Of a DNA stretch of 64,000 nucleotides, positions 56,700 to 64,000 are shown in pieces (position 1 is the stretch's first letter; the number at the start of each line of letters is the position of its first letter). The position numbers and the translations under genes are program-made. Origin of the DNA: Camelus ferus (Eukaryota); contig NC_045696.1 of assembly GCF_009834535.1 (NCBI RefSeq), forward strand, positions 53,694,001 to 53,758,000, written 5' to 3'. Under the pieces are notes generated by a model that saw nothing but the letters and a program-made list of their open reading frames with translations, was not told where the DNA came from and made no database searches.

Positions 56700-58905
56700 G
56701 CTCTTGCCTGCATTATCTTAATTAAGTATATCTTTCATCTGGACTCACTTTATCTGAATAACTACAAAGTCTTCTGTCCTTACTTCTACTACACTTCCAG
56801 AAATTGTCAACACCAATGTGGTTGATCAATGTAGCAATATCCTCCCATGCTTTCTCCTGATTTCACTGCTCTCTGCTGACCTTACTCACTAAGGGGTTTG
56901 CACATCATCATCTTAAGATTTTGGGGCCCTAAATCTATTCCCTTCCTTACCTGCCACACCTCTCACTACAGTCTAATCTTTCTCAATTGTCAGTCTCATC
57001 CATTGTACTCAAGACTTCAAGTCCTTCCTAGTCATGAAGTGTTCCCTTCTTACCATCTACTCCATGGTCAGTGACTGCCTGGAAAGTACTGCCTTCACCC
57101 ACTTACAAGGAACCCAGCTATCCACTCTCAAACTAGACTTATCCTCACTGTGGTCATCTTCATTATCAATGCTGAAGACCACGTGCCTCTCAGGAAACAA
57201 GTCCAAGTGCAGCCCCAGGGGGAGGGCCTCTGGCTCTGTTGTCAGTGCTATCTTTCACAGCAATCAAATCAGACCGTAGATAACATCATTTGACATTTTT
57301 GATCTTCCCTTTAAATTAGCTTTTTACCTTTGATAACACACATAATCCTGTTGTTGGAAAAAAGTCTTCTCTTGAACTGCCCCATATCCTGTAAAACAAC
57401 TCAAACCCTCTCCTTCTTACATGTTCGATTTCTTCCATTGTGGCAAAGAAGTTCTCTGGAATTGCCCTACCAATACAGTGGTCACTGTCAGTACCCGTTC
57501 TTATTTGCTTCTGATATGCTTTTTAAAGAGTTAATTACCCTAACTTTTACAGCTTTCCATTGGATTTCCAAAAGGCACTTTTTTTTTTCTGTTTTTTAGT
57601 CTCCCACTTTTTTTCTCTCTTTAGTACCAAAAAGAAATATTATTGTGATTACAATAATAACCACCATGTATTCAGTTTTTATGATTTGCATTGCATTTTA
57701 TAGATAAACATGATTTAATTTAGGCCACACTCAACTTGAAGGCTGTGTAATATTATTTCCACTTACAGGTGATAGAATTAAGTTTCAAAGAGGTTAAGTA
57801 ATTTGCCTAACATCTACCTCAAGGCATGAATATATATTCTCTCTTCTACTTTTGCGCTTTCTTCCTAGTCATTCCCATGTAGTATGAAATACCATTTACA
57901 TGCTGATGAAAAACAAATTATTACTCTAGCCCAGACTCTGTGTTAAAGACAAAACTCAAATACCATTTGTCCACTTGACATTTCTGCTTGATGTCTCAAG
58001 GGATCTCAACTTTGCAACACTAAATTCTTGATCCTTCTACTCTGTCTCATCTTAACTTTTTTCACGCACAAAAATACAAACTTGTTTCTTCCTCCATCTT
58101 CTCTCTCAGCAAATGGTACCACCATTTGCCCATTTGTCTGCTCAAGCCAACAACCTAGATATTAATCTTGATTTTTTTCTTCTCCTTCACTCCTCTAACA
58201 CCAGCAATTAGCAAGTTCTGTTGGTTATTCTTTAAAACTAAATCACTCAACTGTCCTTTTTCCTCCATCTCTCATTCCCTCACCTTAGCAAAGGCCACCC
58301 TGATTTCTCATTTAGAAGCTGGATTTTCAACTGATCTACCCACTTTCTATCTTGAATTCCCCGATATGTCCTCTATACAAAAGCCAGGATGCGGCTTTTA
58401 CAAGTACAGTGGATCCCCTCACCTTCTTGTTTAAAGTCCCAAAATGGTTTCCATCTGGATAATCTACATGATGTGGCTTTGGTATCCTTCCAATTTAAGT
58501 TTTGCCCTTCTTTCTGGACTCACAGGGATAGAGATGTTTGGCTTTTTCAGTTCCTGCTGCATTCTAAGTTCTCACGGGTCACTGCATAGTCACATGTGCT
58601 ATTTCTCCCACTTCAACCTCCTAACCCCAAAACTCTTTGAATGGAAAGAGTGCACCTCTTAGAGGTGCATCTGGAGAGAAAACTTTCATAATGCTCCTAT
58701 CTAAGGTAACCATTGCTCCCCATCACCAACTTTCTCTGTCGGCATCCTCTTTGTTTCTTTCCTAATACGTTACAATGTATAGTTGTATTTCATTTGTCTG
58801 TTCATCTGTTTATTGTCTCATACTAGATTGTTGGTTCCATGAGAGCAAGCACTATGTCTGTATTTTGCTCACTTCTATATGTCTAGCCCTTACCATGATG
58901 CAGAG
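56700..58905 (+). mobile_element. Long degraded L2 with an internal MIR (about 57660-57815)
   Basis: catttacatgctgatga, ccacttgacatttctgcttgatgtct, aaatggtaccaccatt, gttccatgagagcaagcactatgtctg. Confidence 0.65.
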
Positions 58906-58908
58906 TCA

Positions 58909-59367
58909 GGTATGAGTGTTACAGGGATGCGGTAGCAAAGTACCACAAACCGGGTGGCTTCAATACCAGAGATTTATTGTCTCACAGTTCTGAAGTCTAA
59001 AGTTCTGAGATCGAGGTGTTGACAGGATTAGTTCCTCCTGAGGGCCGAGAGGAAGAATCTGTTCTACACCTATGCTCCTGGTGGTTTTCTAGCAACTTGG
59101 CATTCTTTTGCTTGTAGAAGCATCACCCTGATCCTTGCCTTCATCTTCACATGGCGTTCTCCCTATGTACATATCTGTGTTCAAATGTCCTCTTTTTATA
59201 AAGACCCAATCATAACTGATTAGGGTCCTCACTAATGACCTCATCTTAATTTAACTAATTACATCTGCAATGATCCTATTTTCAAATAAGGTCACATTCT
59301 GAGGTACTAGCAGTTAGGATGGCAACATATTAACTTGGAAGCGGGGATACAGTTCAACACATAATAG
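58909..59367 (-). mobile_element. MLT1C-like solo LTR
   Basis: caaagtaccacaaaccgggtggctt...aaataaggtcacattctgaggtact...gatacagttcaacacataata. Confidence 0.85.
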
Positions 59368-59603
59368 CACACAAAGGTGTCTGATAAATGCTGAAAGCTA
59401 TGAATTTGTGAGAGTAGCATTTGAACCCATGTCTATCTATCAAATATCAAGCTCATCTTTTAACCCCTGATCTATATTCATCCTCTCTTCCCTCTTCTGA
59501 AGATCTGTGTCTTGGGCATTAATTCTTAAATCTCATCCACATCAAAAAGAATATGATATCTAGATCTGCCTGAAATCCAGAATCAAAGATTTCCTCTAAA
59601 TAA

Positions 59604-59649
59604 GTCAGTAGCTCATACTTTCCATGTCAGTAGCTCATACTTTCCATGT
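59604..59649. repeat. 22-bp tandem duplication
   Basis: gtcagtagctcatactttccat occurs twice, at 59604 and 59626. Confidence 0.95.
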
Positions 59650-59789
59650 ATCTTATCTATCACAGTCATTACAGACACAAAAAAATAAAAAATAAAAACT
59701 CAAAATACATAAACAATGATGATGATAGAGTAGTGATGTACTATGTCAAGTCTTGATTTCTAAAGCTGCAGAGAGTTATCAACTAAGAA

Positions 59790-59950
59790 TTTTATTTGAC
59801 AGTGTTTTCAGTGACAGGAAGATGAATATAACAGCTTTAAGATGTGCCGCTGTGCTTGGGAGAAGGCTCGTGTAGACTGAACTCTGCCGGAGTTCTCATG
59901 TTTAAAGGGCTCATATGGACAGCTAACCAATTTTCACATTTACGTGCCTT
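59790..59950 (-). pseudogene. Fossil exon, ankyrin repeat (3' boundary uncertain)
   Basis: Acceptor ttgtgttaacag|AAG. Reads RHVNV, then after a frameshift KLVSCPYEPFKHENSGRVQSTRAFSQAQRHILKLL. No clear donor found. Confidence 0.45.
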
Positions 59951-60009
59951 CTGTTAACACAATTTTGTTTCATAGTTACTTTACTTGCAAAAATTCAGCC
60001 ACTGATGTG

Positions 60010-60980
60010 CAAGTATCCTAAACCTCTAACTCAGGTTCTCTAGAAAACAAATCCTGTGGCAAAAACGTGTATGCTACTACTTGTTGAGGAACCTTATCTC
60101 AGGGAAGCAGACATGAGGGGGGAAGGAGCAAGGGAAGGAAGGAAGAGAAACACATATAAAGGGACACAAGTGAGCTGGCCATCGGGACTGTCTTTAAAGA
60201 GGGGTTAAGAGACGACTGCATTGCAGAGGAGTCTCTCTGAGAAGAGAGACTGAGATGCATTTTTGTGTGGGTCCTCTCTTTCCCTTCCAGCAAAGTTCAC
60301 CCCATGGAGCAATAATTTTCCTGTACTTCCACTTTATGTTACCTAGTCTTTCCAAGGAGCTGCCTCTATAGTTCCAGTCTAGCCGGTGAGCTGACAAAGT
60401 CTGAGCCGACAGTACATAGAGCTCGATGGTCTGTAATGGTGATGCCAGTAGCCACAGAGACCTGGACCTAGAACCAAGGGGAAAGGACAAGCTGCTGCTT
60501 ATGGGGAACTGTGCAGGGTCTGAGATTTTACTCAGTCAACCAGTTAGCCTGCCTCAGTGTCAGGGATGTTGGCAGAAGACATGAGATGGCTGGGAAGAGA
60601 GAAAGGACTTTATTAGCAGCAGTGATCACACTAACCAGAGTGCCAACATTTGTGCATCTCCCTGAGCCCCTATGTCCTCAGGGTGACTTGAAATGGGTCA
60701 GGTCACACTTGAAAAATAGTAGGTTGCATTTTAGGAGAATAACTCAAAACTTAGGGAACTCAAGTCTTCCATAATGGGCCATAAGCTTGCCTGACCTTTG
60801 CTCTGGAGAGAGAGAGACATTCTTTGTTATAACGGACACTAAACAAACTAGCCTTTTGCTCTGGAGGGAAATACAGTCTCCATCTCTGGAATAAAGGCAG
60901 CCAGCACCTCTGTTCACAAGACTTGCAGAATTGTGAGAGACCCACAGATAACAGTCTTCCAATACTGCTCCAACCAGAAA
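60010..60980. mobile_element. Old LTR-class fragments, family uncertain
   Basis: tcaggttctctagaaaacaaatcctg (MaLR/ERVL-like), then a tgtgcagggtctgagatttta...cttccaa LTR-like block. Confidence 0.4.
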
Positions 60981-62516
60981 GCAAGGGAAATCATGTATCT
61001 GAGGTAGCTTATAAACTAAGTTTAGTATGTCTTCCTATTTTCAGATATTTACCTTTTGCAAATGTCATGGCAAAGGACTACAATATGTAAAAATAATCTT
61101 TTACACCCAGTTTCCTTTTGCCTTTCCCCAAGTAATTGTAGGTTGGTTAATATGTTTTCTCACATTTCAATACCCAGTGTGACTATGAGAGTATCTTAGT
61201 TAGTTAGTTTTTTTCTTAGCCTAATTTTTCTATTAGTGTATTTAGGTAATCAGAGCTATAGAAATTCTGAGATAAATACTACCTTCACTCTATAGCTCTA
61301 AAAATGGCACCATCTGCATTTAAAAAGTGCTATATATGCATATGTTATAGAGGAGAAGGGTGATGTGAGAAACATGACTAAACTGCAGAAAAGAGCATAA
61401 ATATCTATAATTTCATTTGTAAGTAACGATTTGAAAGCACCCTCATTCCATTTCATAGATTATGAAAAGGAAGCTCAGGAGAATTAAGAAGCTTAAATTT
61501 AAAAAAGGAACCCACTATTACCCCCTGATGTTTAGATTATATCCAACTTTATGTTCCATGCTTACAGCTCTCCTCTTTAAGGGTGTATTAACAAATAGAT
61601 TTTTTTATAAAAGACATTATAAACTGAACACTATAAAGTCCCTCCATTTTTGTTTCAGGATAGACTCTGATGTCTGGATGACTTTGAGGAGAAAAATTAA
61701 CCCTTGGCTTTAGTATCATGTACAAAATAATCTTCAGAGCCTTTCTCTGTGAATTCTGTATTGTCTTTAAGTCCTGATCATTCTAAATGGCTCATTGGAG
61801 TAATTCAACATGAAGAGCAATATGTCCTAGTGGGATTTGCAACAGTATGCCTTCCTGTGGGTGTCTGTTGTAAATTTCCAGCTCCAACTAGCAATCTTTT
61901 TTCATAACAGACACATACTTCACCGAGTAGAGCTCAACTATAAACATTTTATTGTCTGAGCGATTCATAGGCACCAAGACATACGGTGTTCAGAATTCTA
62001 AGAATATTGAGGATAGGGGAAAGAAAAAAAAAGGCAGTCCTAGTTGTTGTCGTATTTTCCTCTCAAAAAATCCACAGTGCTAAAGAAGTATCTGAAAATT
62101 TAAAACTACTTTAAAGCAATGGATTTTTTTCCCAAGTCATAAAAAAAGATCTGCTTCTTAAATTCATCAGTGCATTACCATATTCAATCGACACAAAAAG
62201 GAGACCAAGTCCTTTTGTTAAGGGGTAAGTCAGTGCAGCACTGTTCAGAAAGAGAACTATGTTGCTGTAATACGGGACTGAAAGCATAGAATACATTTAT
62301 CTGAATGAAGTATAAATTATATAAGGGCAGGGTTGCCATGCAAAAAAGATAGAGACCCCCTGACCTCTATCTTAACCTGTCCCTACCTTCCCAAATTCTC
62401 AGCCTTCTTCCTTTTCTCTGTGGTCACCTTGGAGATGCTGCAATTCATAACCTTTCCCCCCTGCTCTCCTGTGGCTGCCAAAGGAAACAAAGAAGATGAA
62501 TGATTTTAATTCTTAC

Positions 62517-62587
62517 TGCTGTGCTGTCCGATGCAACTCTGTTGCCAGCTGGTCTTGCTGCAGGCCTGCTTATAGGAGCTTGGGTTC
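62517..62587 (-). pseudogene. Fossil exon, ankyrin repeat
   Basis: Pyrimidine tract plus tttcacag|GAA; donor GCA|gtaaga. Reads EPKLL*AGLQQDQLATELHRTAQ (like KLLxxGA..DxxGxTPLHxAA). Ends phase 2 and joins the 59950 exon to give TELHRTAQQRHVNV. Confidence 0.6.
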
Positions 62588-63500
62588 CTGTGAAATTTTC
62601 ACACAGAGATACATGGATGAAGGAGGGAAGACCAGCGTGGAGAAGGGCTTGCCGCCCACGGAGTCAGATGAAGGCAGCCCAGCAGGGCAGTAAGCCCCGC
62701 ACATGGGTCCTACTTCTGAGTGTCCACAGCCTCGAGGCAATGAGGTGGTGGATGCAAACTCAAGGCGGAGGCTTCATTAAATGCAATATTAAAAAGGTAA
62801 CATACACAGGGGAGCTTATTTAAAAACAAAACAGTATTAGAATATTGTGGACTGACTCGATGAAAAGGATCGTTCTGGACTTGATTTGTTAATGGCTTTC
62901 TCAAGCTTTAAGAGCGTCAAGTGCTGAGCTCTTTAGGTGGGAAACTGCAAATACAGTATCCCATGGGGACAGGTTAAAAGGTCAGAGGGTAGTTTAGGAG
63001 GGGAAGGAGAAGAAAAAGTCAGCGTAGGGAATAGTCCCGGCCAGGAGACTCTAATTACCTGAATTCTGTCCCCAGCTGGACTCTTACTGTTGGAATTTGC
63101 CAGGTCTCTGGAGCAGAAGCAGCTCCTTCACAGTTGCCCAAGACACAGACACACTCCCACACACATTATGAGAAGTGGGAGTTGTGACTGTGAGTTGTTT
63201 ATCCCGGAGAAAGTGTAGGAAAGAGAAAAGCAAGACAAGGAAAAAGGCAGCCACCCAGGAAGGAAGTCAGACAGTGACAGGTTGGGGGTTTGGTGTGGGG
63301 TTGTTATAGATAAGAATACACCATAGGACTCAGGACCTGGACAATTTCTTTCAGATGTATAAACATTTCCCTAAAGCCAACCTTTAAAGACTTGAAACAT
63401 CAATCTGCAATGGCAGAGGGCAGCAGGGAGAAATGGTGTTCTCAAGCCCAGCTCAAAGCACCAGGTAAGATCTGCTGTTTGAAAAGTCTTTGCTAGAAAC

Positions 63501-63657
63501 CTAGCTGCACAAGGGACATATTTCTGTGATCTCTGTAAAATCTTGAGAGCAGGTACTTTCCAGGAGTTCAGAAGCTCCAGGTCCCTTTAGACAAGTTCAA
63601 TAATAACTGAACCAGAACACCTGCCTATCTTCCATTCATGCATCACACATATAGCAA
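63501..63657 (-). pseudogene. Fossil exon, ankyrin repeats
   Basis: Acceptor tgtgctttgttag|TTG; donor TAG|gtttct. Reads LLYV*CMNGR*AGVLVQLLLN (like PLHxACxNGxxxxVxLLL); a shifted frame gives DLELLNSWKVPALKI; ends HRNMSLVQL. Confidence 0.55.
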
Positions 63658-63794
63658 CTAACAAAGCACACAAGACTCTGTTTTCAAACCCAAGAAATAC
63701 ACATCAGAAAAAAAATCAGGTGTTGACTAAGAAATGCTGGTTCTAGGCAGTATCACTAAGAAGTTTGCAAGTGTCCTCTGCATTCAGCCAAAAG

Positions 63795-63912
63795 AGAGAG
63801 ATGAAAGAGAAAGATGAAAGAGAGAGAGAGGGAGTGGGGAGAGGGAGGAGCAGGGGTGGATGGAGGAGGAGGAGGAGGGGGAGAGGAGGGAGGAGGAGGG
63901 GAGAAGAGAAAG
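63795..63912. repeat. Purine-rich (GA/GGA)n low-complexity tract
   Basis: Read directly from the sequence. Confidence 0.85.
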
Positions 63913-64000
63913 ATCTTGAAATGCTCTTCCTCCTTGTGTGACTCAAATATTTACATTTTCCTTCCCTTTTCCTGCCTATGCCATTTCCTCTCCCGCCCTT

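Larger units (their letters stand above)
33566..63657 (-). pseudogene. Multi-exon unprocessed pseudogene: ankyrin repeats - ZU5(HFS) - UPA - death domain. The 5' end probably lies beyond the window.
   Basis: Nine AG/GT-flanked segments in domain order on the minus strand. Phases are consistent along 55835-55695 (ends phase 1), 54304-54115 (1 to 2), 44756-44709 (2 to 2), 43431-43202 (2 to 1), 38618-38521 (1 to 0) and the exon starting 34017 (0). Many in-frame stops and frameshifts. Domain calls are by eye. Confidence 0.72.

Noticed and set aside
62570..62704. Minus-strand ATG ORF MCGAY...GGKPFSTLVFPPSSMYLCVKISQE, resembling a ZU5 start
   Set aside because: The VFPPSS stretch is the pyrimidine tract of the 62587 acceptor. 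A better-placed ZU5 start is at 55835-55695, and the downstream part reads as ankyrin.
33566..63657. Selenocysteine or stop-codon readthrough rescuing the gene
   Set aside because: Stops include TAA, TAG and TGA, and there are frameshifts, which fits decay.
1..64000. CRISPR arrays, tRNA/rRNA genes, operons or other prokaryotic systems
   Set aside because: None seen; the repeat content shows mammalian nuclear DNA.

Overview
AT-rich mammalian genomic DNA. The L1 3' ends are of cetartiodactyl type, and I saw no ruminant, pig or cetacean SINEs, so a camelid is a tentative guess. The window is dense in LINE-1, L2, MIR, MaLR/ERVL LTRs and hAT MITEs. No intact protein-coding gene is supported; the listed ORFs are L1 fragments, simple repeats or chance. 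The main result is a decayed multi-exon gene on the minus strand: nine candidate exons run from about 63657 down to 33566, almost all bounded by AG/GT, with compatible phases across the ZU5-UPA chain. Read through stops and frameshifts, they give ankyrin repeats, one ZU5 domain ending in an intact HFSW motif, a UPA domain and a death domain. That layout matches no mammalian gene I know, so this is a candidate unitary pseudogene, possibly surviving as a spliced lncRNA. All protein-family and repeat-family comparisons were made by eye against remembered consensus sequences and need confirming by profile search and RepeatMasker.
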